From the NCBI RefSeq assembly GCF_020745735.1, contig NC_083408.1:5841131-5905130 (forward strand): a stretch of DNA of 64,000 nucleotides, given 5' to 3'. This document shows positions 24,201 through 38,765 of this stretch, one piece after another. A program made the position numbers and the translations under genes. Position 1 is the stretch's first letter, and each line of letters starts with the position of its first letter. The stretch is from Hemiscyllium ocellatum. Taxonomy: Eukaryota. Below the pieces are notes generated by a model. It ran no database searches. It had not been told where the DNA came from and saw only the letters and a program-made list of their open reading frames with translations.

Positions 24201-25349
24201 CTTTTACACTGTAATCTGCATTCATATTCTACTTGCCAAAATGAAACCCTTCACACTATCCGAGATTGAACTCAATGTGCCACTGTTCGACCCAGTTCTC
24301 CACCCTATCAATGTCCCTTTGCAAGCTGCAACAACCTTCATACTGTACACAGTTACAATAACCTTCGTACCATCAGCAAACTTACAAACCCATTTTTTCA
24401 CTTCCTCATCCAAGTGATTTACAAAAATCATGAACAAGTGACGATCCAGAACGAATCCTTGCAAAGCACCTCTGGTCACAGAGTTCCAGACAAATTACTA
24501 TCAATCTATCGTATCTTTTATGGGCCAGCCAATCGTGTATGCAGAATCCAAGTTTTCGGTATCCACGGCTTACTTAATGTATAAATAAGCCTACAGTGGG
24601 AATATTACCAAATGCCTGTTACAAAGCCATACCGACTACCTCTAATCGAACTGTTGTTTTTTTTCAAATAAGTATAAATCCTGTGTCTCAGAATCCTCTC
24701 TAATAACTTGCCCGCGACGAACGTAAACCTGACTGGTGTATAAGTCCCAGGGTTATCCCTAATCCCTTTCTTGAACAAAGGAATAACATTTGTCAAACCT
24801 TCACTTATTTGGCACTAAAATGTGGACAGTGAGGACGCATAGCTCATCGCCAAAAGGTCAGCCATCTCTGCCCTCTTTTCCAGTATTTAACTTATCTCGA
24901 TGTCCTCCCACCCAGCAGGCTCATCTATGTGTTTGAAAATTTCAAGCGCATCGTCCTTATTAAAATCAATCTGCGCGTGCATGTCAACCTGTTACGAAAG
25001 ACCATAAGACATAAGAGTTAAAGTCAGTCCATTCATTTAATGAGTCCAGTCCACTATTAAATCATGGCTGATGACCATTCCAACTCCATTCATCGACACT
25101 CTCCCCTTCTCCCTTAAAATCCTTGTGAGATCAGGATATTTGCAATCTCTGCGTTGAAGGCATTTTATGTCTACTCCTCCACTGCTCCGTGGCAATGATT
25201 TCTAGAGGCCAACTCTTCTCTGGATGAAAGAATGCCTCCTCATTTCCATTCTAAATGGACTCTCTCTACCTTTAAGGCAGTGGCACGGTTCCAAGTCTCC
25301 ACACCTTACAGAAACAGCTTCGCAGCTTGCACACTTTCTCAGCCACGAA

Positions 25350-26160
25350 TTTTGAGAATGTTTCTTTTTCACACCAACTGGCCCCCTTGGAAAACTACCC
25401 AGCCACCGCAAGAATCGCAAAACCTGCTCCCAAACATCTCCCTCGTCACCATACAAGACCCCAAAGGGGCCTTCCGCATCCATCATAGTTTCATCTGCAC
25501 ATCCACCAATGTCAGATATTATATCCATTGCTCCTGATTCGGTCTGCTTTACATTGGGGATACTGGACGTCTCCTCGCAGAGCGTTTCAGGAAACATCTG
25601 CAGGACACCCGCACCAATCAATCCACCGCCACATGACTCAACATTTCAACTCCCACTCCCACTCTTCCGAGGATATGCATGTCCTGGGCCTCCACCACCG
25701 CTGATCCCTCACCACTCGACGCCTGGAGGAAGAACGCCTCATCTTCCACCTTGGAACATTTCAACTCCATGGCATCAATGTGGACTTTACCAGTTTCCTC
25801 ATTTCCCTTAAATCCTACCTTACCCCAGTTCCAATTTTCCAGTTCAGCACTGTCCTCATGACCTGCCCAACATGCCAATCCCTTTCCCACCGATCTGCTA
25901 CATCCTCCTTTCTGAACTATCACCTTTATCCCCATACCCATTTATCTACTGTACTCGTTGCTGCCTTCTCCCGTGCCTCTCCATTCCCGCCTATTTATCT
26001 CTCTAACCTGGAGGCTTCCTGCATGTACTCCTGATGTTGAGCTTTTAGCCTGTAGCATCGATTCTCCTTTTCCTTGGTTGCTGCCTAACTTGCTGTGCTC
26101 TTCCAGCACCACTCTGACCTAAACCCTGGTTTTTAGTATCTGCAGTCCTCACTTCTACCT
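25350..26160 (+). mobile_element. Penelope-like element 3' fragment nested in a CR1
   Basis: GLLYIGDTGRLLAERFRKHL GIY-YIG motif; terminal repeat ending TCTGCAGTCCTCACTT. Confidence 0.85.
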
Positions 26161-29100
26161 CTTTCATCTCCCCTCAAACTTCTAAATTCTGATGAATACA
26201 ATGCCAGGTTCCTCAGCCATTCATCGCATTTTAGGCCAAACATTCCATGGATCATAAATGTGAATCTATGAGGAACACATTCCAGTGCCAGTGTGTCCTT
26301 CCTGAGATTTTAGTCTCAAAATTGGACGCGTTATTCTAAATAGGGCCCACCTAGATCTTTGTAAATTCTGAGAAGCGCATTGCTGCTTTTGTATTCCAAC
26401 CCTCTTAAAATAAATGAAAACATTGCATCCGCTTTGATAATCACGGACATAACTTGCAGATTAACCTTTAGAGAGTCTTGGAGTATCACTCCCACATACC
26501 TTTGCACGTGGGCTTTATTTTTTTATTTCACCGTTTTTTCCTGTAATCAATTTTTTTAATCAAAGTTTCAGGCCTCGCATTTGCACATGTTGCATTACAT
26601 CAGCCATTGACAGGACCACTCTCCCAATTGGTCTAAACCTTTCTGCTGCGTTCCCACCTCCTCGCTACTACCTGCCTGTCCAACTAACTAGGAACCATCG
26701 ACACTCTTCGCCAGAATGCCCCCAGTTCCTTCAGCCAGTTCGTTACTACATAATGTGAACAGATGTGGACACAACACAGATTTTTTGTTGGACACCACTT
26801 TTCACCGGGTGCCTTTCAAAAGAGAGCATTTAATCCCAATTGTCTGCCTTCTGCCGGACAGCCAATCCTCAATCTACGCCAATTGCTCACCTCGAACTCC
26901 ATGGGCCTTCTACTGACTTAACCGTCATCCAGTGAGGCAACTTTGAAAAAGGACGTTCTGAAGTGTAGATCGATAACATCCACTGGGGATCCCCAATCTA
27001 GCTGGCTTCTTTCCTCTGCATAGAATTCAACCAGGTTTGTCAGGGACAGGCTTTCCTTGCTCAATGCATGCTGACTTCCTTTCCTTATCTGACCTTGCAC
27101 TCCCAAGAACAGACAAATCTCATTCTTAACGATGGATTCTAGCATTTCACCAACTACCAAGGTTAGGCGAATCTGCCGATAATTTTCCATCTTTTGTCTT
27201 AATACTTTCATGAGCAACAGCGATTTTCCAATGATCTAGAATTTCCACGACTCGAGTGAACTTTAAAAGTTCATAATCAATGACTCCACAATATCCTCAG
27301 AGACATTCCTCAGAACTCATATGTAAAGGCCATTGGAGAAAGGAGTCTTATCTACTCTTTGCCATTTTAGCTATTCTAGTGCTTCTTCTTTAATCAAATA
27401 TTTTTCCACTGAGTCTCCATCCATATCGGGGTATTACTGATGCCTTCCACTGTGAATATTGACGCAAAGCATTTATTAAGTTCTTCAGCTATTTCTTTGT
27501 CTCACGTAACTAGACTTCCAACATTAACATGGAGTGGCCCAATGTCTACCTTTGCCTCTTGTTTGTTTACTATGTATTAAAAGACACTTTTACTATCATT
27601 TCTAGTATTGCTGCTTGATCCTCTCCTTCCTCATTTTTCTTTGACCTCCCAGTGTTCTTGGCCACTTCATAAGCGTTTATTTTCCTTTGATGCTTTTTTA
27701 TATCATTCTTTGCCAGCCATGGCTGTCTAATGTACGCCTCTTCAACAGTCTTTACTTTCTTTGGGAGGAACCTTCTTACTGTGTCTTCAATTACACCGAG
27801 ATTTTACTGCCAATGTTGTGCGACTGTCGTTCCCGCTTGGTCAAGCTTCCAGTTGATTTTCGACAGGTCATCTCTCATGACCCTGCAATTCACTTCGTTT
27901 AACTGTTACACCATTACAACTGATTTTGCTTTCTCGATTTCAAACTGCAGAGTGAACTCTACCATAATATGATCCCTGCCAAAGTGTTCCCTCAATTCAA
28001 CATTTTTAAATAAATTCTGCCTCATTGCATTGCACTAAGACTAGAATAGCCTGGTCCCTTGTTGAGTTCATCACATGCTGCTTCAAAAACGTCGTCCTGT
28101 AAGCATTCAATGAATTCCCTTTCTTTGGATCCATTGGCAAATTTATTCATCTGCTTATTGAAGTCCCCTATGCTTACTGTGAACTTGCCTTTCTAACTTA
28201 CACTATCTATTTCCCGGTACACCTTGCCCACCTGGTCCTGACCACTATTACAATGTCTGCACACAAGTCCCATTAAGTTTTTCTGCCGTTGTTGCTCCTC
28301 AACTCCATACACGTAACTTCACGTCATCGGAACAATCTGCCTCCATGCTGTCCTCGCAAGCGATAAGGGCCCTCTCACGAATGAGTACTGAAGTAAAGTA
28401 TTCCTTCAGATCCTACCCTAACTCCACGCACTCAAGACACAAGCTGCGTCCACTATAGGTGATCGGATGTACGCTCACTCTTGTCATCATCGCTTTCCTC
28501 ACATTGTTAAAGAACGTTATGTGGTTTTCCTTAATCCTAGCCTCCAATGCTTTTCCCTGCCGACTTCTACCACCCCTGGCTACCCTGTGGACCTCTCGAG
28601 CCCTGTTTATTTTTCTTCAAAAATTAAGTAAACTGAATTCTTCCTCTTGACAACGTTTTTCACACATCTTATCATCTTTCAAAGCTTCCTTGCCTCAGCG
28701 GAACAAAGGTAACAAACACTTGGAACAAGTGTTCTGCAGAAAAAGAATCCGCGCAGTCCACAGTGAGGCTTTTTTTGTGGATAACAAGAAATGTTTCCCG
28801 GTTCCTACCTAATGGCACTGCACTTCCCCCGTCCCAATTTAAAGTATTGAACATACTGTTGCTCCTATTCCTGGTTATGACTGTCATCAAGGTCAGGCAG
28901 TAACAATCCTGAGATCACTATTCTGCTCGGTGTGCCATTTTGGTTTCAACTTAACACCGTACATCCATTCAATACGTTCTCATCACTTTTCCTACTTATT
29001 CCATTGGTAATGATATGCACCACATCCCGTGGCTGCTCATCCTCCCCTTTAATAACCGTGTAGATGCGACTCAAGACGACCATGACACCAAGACACCGAA

Positions 29101-32100
29101 GGCAACATACCATCTGGATTGGGTCCTAAAGTTGCTCAGGATACTTGTTGTGGTTCTTTGATTGTTTTCCAAATGCTCTCTGAGCACTCATGCAATTCTA
29201 GTTGGCTGGATAAGAATAATTGCGGTCTGTTCATTCAAGTAGGGTGACAGGGATGAATCAGAGAAGTACAAATTGTAAACCATTGATTCTACCAACAGAT
29301 GCAGACAAGCTAATGGAAAAAGGGACACAGACAGAATTAATATTATTTTGAAAAGGCACTGAATGTCGAGCCTATTCAGCACAACTTTGACAAGGCAGTG
29401 GCGGGGGACGATATCTGATACTCTTGAAAGAATTTTCAAAGAAGCCAATAAAATGTGTTGGTGATATCCATCTAATTGAAAGAATAGATACGGTCATTGT
29501 GATGACTTTTTCAACCGTTCTTGGAGAATACTGCGGGTGAAGCAGAAATAAAATCCAATCAGATCCAGCACATCTTGTTAACGTGGTTGCAAAATTGCAT
29601 TAGTAACAGGAAACAGAGCAATGCAAGCTTTCTTTTTCAATGACTGAATGTTTGTTTTTGTCTTGTGCATACTGCAGAGGTCTATGCTGTGTCTCTTGTT
29701 AAATGGTGCATACGCCATTGACTTAGACATGAATGCAGGCAGTTTTATAATGAAACGAAAGTGGTTGTGTGGGAAACAAGAAGGAAATCATTACAGTCCA
29801 GGACAATGCACACAGACTGCAAAACTTGGCATTACAATAGCAAAATGAACTGTTTAGCCTGGAGTTCTTCCCTGAGGGCCTGAAAAACTTTGGAATATAT
29901 GATTGGCCTGCATAAAATTAGGATGGGAGAAAATATTTTTGACAGCATTTTGCATTTTTATAACAGACATAAACGACAGGGGCATATAACTTAGATAAAT
30001 GGCAGGACCTTTTCGGCGAACAAGGAAGTTACCTTCTCATCCAGCATGTATTGTGTATCCCAAATGTTCCACCATCGAAGCGAGTTGGCGCAAACTGGTC
30101 AAACTGAAAGCAGCAATTCGAAAGTGCGTTAAAATGTCAAAGCGTAAAATATGATGGGATATTAGACTCTGGAAGCGTTGTAGAGTCATCGTGTTCTGTA
30201 GCACGGAGACAGGCCTTTCGGCACAAACTGGTCCATGTAGACCAATATGCTCTTCCACGCTTATCCCATTTCCCTGCATTTCGCATATATCCTTCTAAAC
30301 CTTTTTTACACATGTATTACTCCAAATACGTTTTAAACGTTGTTGATGTACGCACCTCAAACACTTAAAGTGGCCTCTTATTTCAAATGTAAAACACCCT
30401 CTCTGTAAAAATGTTGCACGTCAAATTCCCATTTCATTCTTTCACCTTTAACCTTAGATGGACGCCAACACTGGAAAAAGATTGAGTGCATTTTCCCTAT
30501 CCATGTTTGTCATCATCATATGGCTTTCTATAAGTCAGTCTATTCCATTCTAAATAAAACTCTCAGCCTGTCCAACCTCTGCCGAAAACTCAGGCCCTTT
30601 GAACCGTGGCAACGTTCTTGTAAATATATTCTGAACTCGTTCCAGTTTGATAGCATACATCTGACACCAAGATGGCTTATTTCAAACACAAGACTCCAAG
30701 TGCGTCCTCACGAAACTACTGCACTACTACAATATGTTTTCTCACCCCTGGCATTCAATGCCCTGACTGACCCAGGCCAATAAAGCAAAAGCCCTCTTCA
30801 GTGTACTGTCAACCTCTGATTTTGCTTCTGGACAACTGTGCACCTGAACTCCAAGGTCACTTTTTTTCCACTGGTGCTGTCTCGCCTTATGACTCTATGG
30901 TGATTATGCAGTGACGTCAGAATGAGGGATGCAAGATACTGATCCTCTTGTCTGAAAACTTGAAAAAGAACTCATGCAAACGATGGAGAGAACGCATCGA
31001 TTCACATGAGTTGTTGTCGACTCTCAGTAACGCCTTTGACCTGTTGAACACGACAGTAAAAATTATACCAGATAACCTAAATATGAATACAGGATCCGAC
31101 AGTGGTCAGATGAAAGGATCTTATTCAGTATGTTGGAACGATGGATTGGGAAATTCATTGTGAAGGAGTCCTTACGATTGTTTTCTTAGAAGTGTTCACA
31201 TTTCACATAAAAAATTAAATTTCTTTTCCCTCATCTTTATTGCACAGCAATGGCTACACTTCCTGAAAAGACATGGGGGTCATTGCCTGTCCTTCCATGA
31301 TGTATGACTTTGGCATCATTTCTACATGCTTGCTGTTAGGAATTGTTCTCAATTATCTTCCTCTATTTCTGTCAATGGAGACGATTTTCACGATGCATAT
31401 TTAACTTCAAACATCATGGAAAAACAATGCTGGATTTCTTTGAACGTTAAGTGATTTTGTGATCATCCAGTGACACCAGAACCAGAACTTCATCAACATT
31501 GCATCCAAATGATCATCAGTTCTGCTCGCATAGCTTGATTAACTGAGCATTCTAAGTTCATTTTTTAAAAGACCAATGCGCTACACACTCCATCAGCTGT
31601 GATCTCAATCTCGCATGCCAGATTAAATAAATTCGATGCAGGTATCACCCACTATCCGAATATAGAGGGTTCCAATAAACTTTTCAAAGGCCAAAATTGT
31701 GGAAGGTGAATAAGCATTAATTGAAGAGGGAAAAAAATGCCTTTTTGGATTGGTTTTCGTTAGCGAAAACATGCATGCATAAAGGACTTCCTGAAAAGTG
31801 AAGTGGTATAAAATGAACTTTTGGAAATTAGGGGATACTTGTTAGTATACACCCTTCTGTCTTTTTACCTTCTTATTCGTTTAAGTAATATGTAAAATGT
31901 AATAGTTAAAAATGTCTTTGTCCAACAAAAATGACTCAAAGCAAACTTGTCGAAATTGATCTGCATTCGTTCTGATATCCATGTGGTATTCATAAAGGCC
32001 CTGCAGGCGGTTCATGGAGATTTCGATTGTACCAACATGCCAAGTCTTCAGATAGGGTTCTGGATAACTATGCTCAAACGTAAATATTTCTCAGAAATTC

Positions 32101-34965
32101 AGTTCACGACTTTGGGCACTTCAAATCAGAGAGTTAGGAAGTGACAGAGTCACAGATGCATACAACACTGAAACAGATGCTTTCTTCCAATTAACCATGC
32201 CGACTAGATATCCTAACCTACTCTGGTCCCAATTGCCAGCACTTGACAAATATCCCTCCAAATGCTCCATATACATACACATCCAAATGGCTTTAAAGGC
32301 TATAATTTTAGTAGCTTCCATCACTTCCCCGGGGTGTTCATTCAATTAACGCACCATTCTTTGAGTGTAAAAGGTTGCCTGTTAGGACCCATTTATATGT
32401 TTCTTCTCCCACGCTCAAACTATGTCCTCAAGTTCTGGGATTCCCCCGACAGTGAAAAGAAAAATAAAGTTGTCTATGTAACCGGTCCAAACCCCTCATG
32501 ATTTTATAACCATCTATAATGACATCCCTTCGCCTCCGACATTCCAGAAAAAGCAGCGACAGCTTATTCAGCCTTCCCCTTCGTGATCAAATCCTTCATC
32601 CATGGCAACATTCTGGTAAATGCTTTTATATTTCACAACATCCTTCCACTAGGAAGGAGACTGGAATTGAACACAATTTTCCAAAAAGGACCCAGGATGC
32701 GTGGGACATGTTCAGAAGTACGTTTCTGCCAATGGCTGTTGACTCTAGATCATGTGATAACTTAAGTGGAAGGAAATATTTTGTTGTGAGTGTTTGTTGA
32801 GCAAATTGATTACGAGAATGGGACAAAGGCAGAAATATGAAGATTAGCAAGGGATCAGCCATGGCAGACCTGTCTCGAATGGATGAATCGCCAAAACGTT
32901 GAAGTGTCCACTACACTTGTATCATTCTCATGTCCTTTTCTCACGGCCTGTGATAATGAGAGACGAGGATTTCTTTTTTCTCAAATTAACAGTGTTCGTT
33001 GATGTATTCCGCTTTGTAGAAAATACTACTGCTCGCAAATTGCATGTGTAATAAATAAATTAAATACCGTAAATAATTGAATCATCAAATGGGCTGGCTT
33101 TGACTGACGTTAGATTCGAGCTTCTGAAGACTTGTTCGAGCTAAACAACTTTGAGCAATAGGAGAACACTGTGTCATAATCCTGCTTGTGCTTGTTCACA
33201 GTGGGCAAACTTGGAGCAGCAAGATCCCAAGCTATTCATGGCAGTTATCCAACCATCTGTCAGGCTTTGTATCGAGATAGAACTAATCATATATTTCAAT
33301 TCAATGTCGTTTGGAGGTTGACCACGACAGAAAAAAAAAGATATTATTTGTTTTCCACGTTTGAGATTCAGCAATAAACATGTCATTTAACGTTATAAAT
33401 AATATATTGCATGACAGTTTCTTGCAAGGTCCGAGCTAAAACATGTTTTCTTTTCACCTTTTGCTGCGTAAGTGCATGCTTTTTCATTGGTTGAGGCGAA
33501 TTGTTTTTTTGTGCAGTCATTGCCAAGGTCCACGCTTAAGAAATTTGAAGAATGAGTTAAAGTACCACCTACACCAGTGGTATGTCATCATACATCAGAA
33601 AAAGATAAATACGAAATCTCTGGAAGTTCATCACTTGGATTGACGTCAATTACATCTTACAGATTTAATGATTGAACTTCAAAAGAAAAAGAACTATGTT
33701 ATTTGGTAGTCCCAATGGAATCTTTGCTCTGCTGTGTCTCAATTAACTGTGGCATTGTTTTCAAACCAATTTCTGTTAAGGCTAATCCGAAAGTTAGTTA
33801 ACTCACTCTGCATTATTCGGATTCCATACTGAACTGTATTAAGGACAAGGCTAATTAATGTAACTGCTATCTAGAAGTGTGCACCAAATACTAACCTTTT
33901 CTTGGTACACATATATCATCACAAACTTTAGATACGCCATATTTCTGATGTTGCATGCATAAGGAAAATATCATTTTCTTTTCAAAGATTATGTTGTCCT
34001 TTGTTTTAATGATGAGAGGTCATAATATCAGGGGTACCGAACCAACTGCGTTCATAATGGATGGGAAATGATCATTTTCCCAGTACAGATTTGCTTTGCT
34101 CGTCTGTTTTCATCTGTAACAGTTATAAGATGTGCGAGTCCAGTAGAGTTGGGAGTTCCAGTAAGTAATTCTCTGAATTTCTTTTGAGTTCTTCTCTATG
34201 GGTATAATTCCGATCTGACTGCTAGAATCTATCTTTGTCTTCGCATATTTTTCTTTACAGAGGCATGTTTACAGAATGTAACTCAATTAGAATAAGTAAC
34301 AAGAAATAGTTACTATATCAGGTCGGTTAGGTTTTCCAATGGGTTATTCTTAATTCTGCTTTCATATGCTTGTGCTTCAACTGCCGAGCTTAAATAACCT
34401 TTCTTTAGATTCACACCGAGTGACTTCACCAGCAGCATCATACCTGGAACATTTACTCACATCCGTCTTTAATTAAGAAAAAAAAGATTAGATTAGATTA
34501 GATTACTTACAGTGAGGAAACAGGCCCTTCGGCCTAACAAGTCCACACCGATCCACCTAAGCGCAACACACCCAGACACATTCCCCGACATTTTCTTTTC
34601 TTATAAAAGCGCGCAGCTCCACGCCTTCGGCCTCACTCTCTCGGCGGAGCAGGTAACGGCTGACTGGTGGTGTTTTTTTTTAAGTCGCGGTATAGTCCAG
34701 TTATTGTTTTTTTAACGGCTAAAATTTAAAGTTTTTTTTAAGCGCCTAGCAGACCCGGAAGCTGGTGTCGCGCTAGTTTACCTGGGAAGGTTTTTTTTCT
34801 TATAAAAGCGCGCATGCGAGGAACCGAGGCACTACAGAGGTAGAGCCTCCCACCCGCCCTCCTCCTCTAACCTAATAATAAGACCCATTGTGGTAAGCAG
34901 GTAAGTGCTGCATTTTGCTTGTTTATTTCTTTAGATCCAGTTTTTAAAGTTTACCTTTTAGAGGG

Positions 34966-35891
34966 ATGGCAGCGAAGTCAGTGCAATGTTCCTCTTGCAA
35001 CATGTATGAGGTGAGGGAAGCCATTTGCGTCCCTGCTGATTACACTTGCAAGACGTGCACCCATCTCCAGCTCCTCCAAGACCGTGTCAGGGAACTGGAG
35101 CTGGAGTTGGATGAACTGCGGATCATTCGGGAGGCAGAGATAGTCATTGATCAGAGCTTTAGGGAAATAATTACTCCGAAAGTTATAGAGAGATGGGTGA
35201 TAGTGAGGGGGAGTGGGAGGAAGCAGCCAGTGCAGGGACCCCCTGCGGTAATTCCCCTCAAGAAGAAGTATACCGTTTTGGATACTTGTGGGGGGATGAC
35301 TTACCAGGGGTAAGCAACGAGGTTCAGGCCTCTGGCACGGAGCCTGTCCCCGTTGCTCAGAAGGGAAGGGTGGAGAAAAGTAGAGCAATAGTTATTGGGG
35401 ACTCAATAATGAGGGGCACAGATAGGCGGTTTTGCGGGGGCGACAGAGACTCACGATTGGTATGTTACATCCCACGTGCAAGGGTACGTGATGTCTCTGA
35501 TCGTGTTTTCCGGGTCCTTAAGGGGGAGGGGGAGCAGCCCCAGATCGTGGTCCACGTTGGCACCAACGACATAGGTAGGAAGAGGGGTGAGGATGTTAGG
35601 CAGGCTTTCAAGGAGCTAGCTTGGAAGCTCAGAGCTAGAACGAACAGAGTTGTTGTCTCTGGTTTGTTACCCGTGCCACGTGATAGAGAGTCGAGGAATA
35701 GGGAGAGCGAACAGTTAAATGCGTGGCGACAGGGATGGTGCAGGAGGGAGGGATTCCGTTTTCTGGATAACTGGGGTTCCTTCTGGGGAAGGTGGGACCT
35801 CTATAAACAGGATGGTCTACACCTGAACCTGAGGGGCACCAGTATCCTTGGGGGGAGGTTTGCTAGTGCTCTTTGGGAGGCTTTAAACTAA
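34966..35891 (+). pseudogene. CR1 ORF1: zinc finger/leucine zipper plus SGNH esterase, with one frameshift near the G-run at about 35290
   Basis: CSSC...CKTC followed by the LQDRVRELELELDEL heptads in ORF 34966-35313; GDS, GTND and DGLH esterase motifs in ORF 35193-35891. Confidence 0.92.
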
Positions 35892-35962
35892 CTCTGCAGC
35901 GTCATGGGAACCTGGACTGTAGCTTTAGGGTACAGGAAATTGAGTGTAGGGAGGTGAGGAAC

Positions 35963-38765
35963 ATGGCATCGATCTCGAAGGAGGGTGCTTGTAAACAGGA
36001 AGGTGGCTTGAAGTGTGTATACTTCAATGCTAGAAGTATAAGAAGTAAGTAAGGTGAACTTGCAGCGTGGGTTGGTACCTGGGATTTCGATGTTGTGGCC
36101 ATTACAGAGACGTGGGTAGAACAGGGACAGGAAGTGCTGTTGCAGGTTCCAGGGTTTAAATGTTTTAGTAGGGTAAGAAATGGGGGTAAATGAGGGGGAG
36201 GTGTGGCCTTGCTTGTCAAGGATAGTATTACAGCGGTGGAAAGGACGATGGAGGAAGACTAGCCATCTCAGGTAGTTTGGGCTGAGGTTAGAAATAGGAA
36301 AGGTGAGGTCACCCTGTTAGGAGTTTTCTACAGGCCTCCTAATAGTCCGAGAGAAGTAGAGGAAAGTATTTCGAGGATGATTCAGGAGAAGAGTGAAAGT
36401 AGCAGGGTGGTTGTTATGGGGGCTTTAACTTGCCAGATATTGACTGGGAAAGCTATAGCTCTAGTTGGTTAGATGAGTCGGTGTTTGTCCAATGTGTGCA
36501 GGAGTGTTTCCTGACACAATATGTAGACAGGCCAACAAGAGGTGAGGCTATACTGGATTTGGTTCTAGGTAATGAACCAGGCCAGTTGTTAGACTTGGAG
36601 GTAGGTGAGCACTTCGGCGACAGTGACCACAACTCGGTGACTTTTACTCTAGTGATGGAGAGGGATAAGTGTGCACTGCAGGGCAAGAGTTATAGCTGGG
36701 GGCAGGGAAATTATGATGCGGTGAGGCATGACTTAGGATGCGTGGATTGGAAAAATAAGCTTCAAGGGAAGAACACAAATGATATGTGGAGATTGTTCAA
36801 GGAACAGCTAATGGGTGTCCTTGATAAGTATGTACCAGTCAGGCAGGGAGTAAAGGGTCTTGTGAGGGAGCCGTGGTTTAATAAGGAATTGGAATTCCTT
36901 GTGAAATCGAAGAGGGCAGCCTATGTAAAGATGAGGCGTGTAGGTTCAGTTGGGGCGATTGAGGGTTATAAGGAAGCCAGGCAGGATCTAAAGAGAGAGC
37001 TAAGAGCAGCGAGAAGGGGACATGAAAAGTCCTTATTTGTAAGGATTAGGGAAAACACAACGGCTTTCTATAGGTATGTCAGGAATAAAAGGATGACTAG
37101 GGTAGGTATAGGTCCAGTCAAGGATAGTAGTGGGAAGTTGTGCGTGGAGGCGGAGGAGATCGGAGAGACACTCAATCAATACTTTTCGTCAGTATTCACT
37201 CAGAAACAGGACACTGTTGCTGATGTGAATATTGAGTCACAATTGATCAGAATGGATGGCCTTGAGATATGTAGGGAAGAGGTCTGGGGAATACTGGAAA
37301 GGATGAAAATACATAAGTCCCCTGGGCCTGATGGCATTTATCCTAGGATCCGCTGGGAAGCTAGGGAGGAGATAGCGGAGCCATTGGCCTTGATTTTTAT
37401 GTCGTCGTTGTCTACGGGAATAGTGCCAGAAGACTGGAGGATAGCGAATGTGGTCCCCTTGTTCAAGAAGGGGAGTAGGGATAGCCCTAGTAACTATAGG
37501 CAAGTGAGTCTCACTTATGTTGTGGGCAATGTCTTAGAGAGAATTGTAAGGTATAGGATTTATGAACATCTGTATCGGAATAATGTGATCAAGGATAGTC
37601 AGCATGGTTTTGTGAAGGGCAGGTCGTGTCTCACCAACCTTATTGAGTTCTTTGAGAAGGTGACCAAGGAAGTGGACGATGATAAAGCAGTAGATGTGGT
37701 TTATATGGATTTTAGCAAGGCGTTCGATAAGGTACCCCATGGTATGCTAATGCAAAAACTATGGAGGTATGGCATTGAGGGTGCATTAGAGGTTTGGATG
37801 AGGAAGTGGTTGGCTGGAAGAAGACAGAGGGTCGTAGTTGATGGTATAGGTTCATCTTGGAGTGCAGGTACTAGCGGTGTTCCACAAGGATCTGTTTTGG
37901 GACCATTGCTGTTTGTCATTTTTATAAATGACCTAGAGGAGAGGCTTGAAGGCTGGGTGAGCAAGTTTGCGGATGACACAAAAGTCGGTGAGTTGTGGAC
38001 AGCGAAGAAGGATGTGGCAGGTTACAGCGGGATATAGATAAGTTGCAGAGCTGGGCAGAAAGGTGGCAAATGGAGTTCAATGTAGCTAAGTGTGAAGTCA
38101 TTCACTTTGGTAGGAGTAACAAGAAGATGGATTACTGGGCTAATGGTAGGCTACTTGGTAGTGTGGATGAGCAGAGGGATCTTGGTGTCCATGTACACAG
38201 ATCTCTGAAAGTTGCCACCCAGGTAAATAGTGCTGTGAAGAAGGCATATGGTGTACTGGGCTTTATTGATAGAGGAATTGAGTTCCGGAGTCCTGAGATC
38301 ATGTTGCAGTTGTATGAGACTCTGGTGCGGCCTCATCTGGAGTATTGTGTGCAGTTTTGGTCGCCATACTATCGGAAGGATGTGGAGGCATTGGAACGAG
38401 TGCAGAGGAGGTTTACCAGGATGTTGCCTGGCATGGTAGGAAGATCGTATGAGGAAAGGCTGAGGCACTTGGGGCTGTTCTCATTGGAGAAAAGAAGGTT
38501 TAGTGGAGATTTGATAGAGGTGTACAAGATGATTAGGGGTTTAGATAGGGTTGACAGTGAGAACCTTTTTCCGCTAATGGAGTCAGCTGTTACTAGGGGA
38601 CACAGCTTTAAATTAAGGGGTGGTAGGTATAGGACAGATGTTAGGGGTAGATTCTTTACTCGGCGTGTTGTGAGTTCATGGAATGCCGTGCCAGTGGACT
38701 CTCCCTCTTCATGTTCATTTAAACGGGCATTAGATAAGCATGTGGAGGTTATTGGGCTAGTGTAA
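35963..38765 (+). pseudogene. CR1 ORF2: apurinic endonuclease plus reverse transcriptase, disrupted
   Basis: YFNARS, ITETW and SDH endonuclease motifs; [24 protein letters not shown] and KFADD RT motifs. Stops at about 36050, 36191 and 36260; frameshifts at about 36422 and 37990. Start codon is uncertain. Confidence 0.92.

Larger units (their letters stand above)
19960..30870 (-). mobile_element. Cluster of nested degenerate CR1 fragments (mostly minus strand, several subfamilies)
   Basis: Remnant peptides KFADGTK (24222-24479), NVIPLFKKG (24605-24796), PHLDYCVQFW (23076-23279) and LTNLVEFY (26918-27217); (CATAAGA)n tail at about 25005. Confidence 0.75.
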
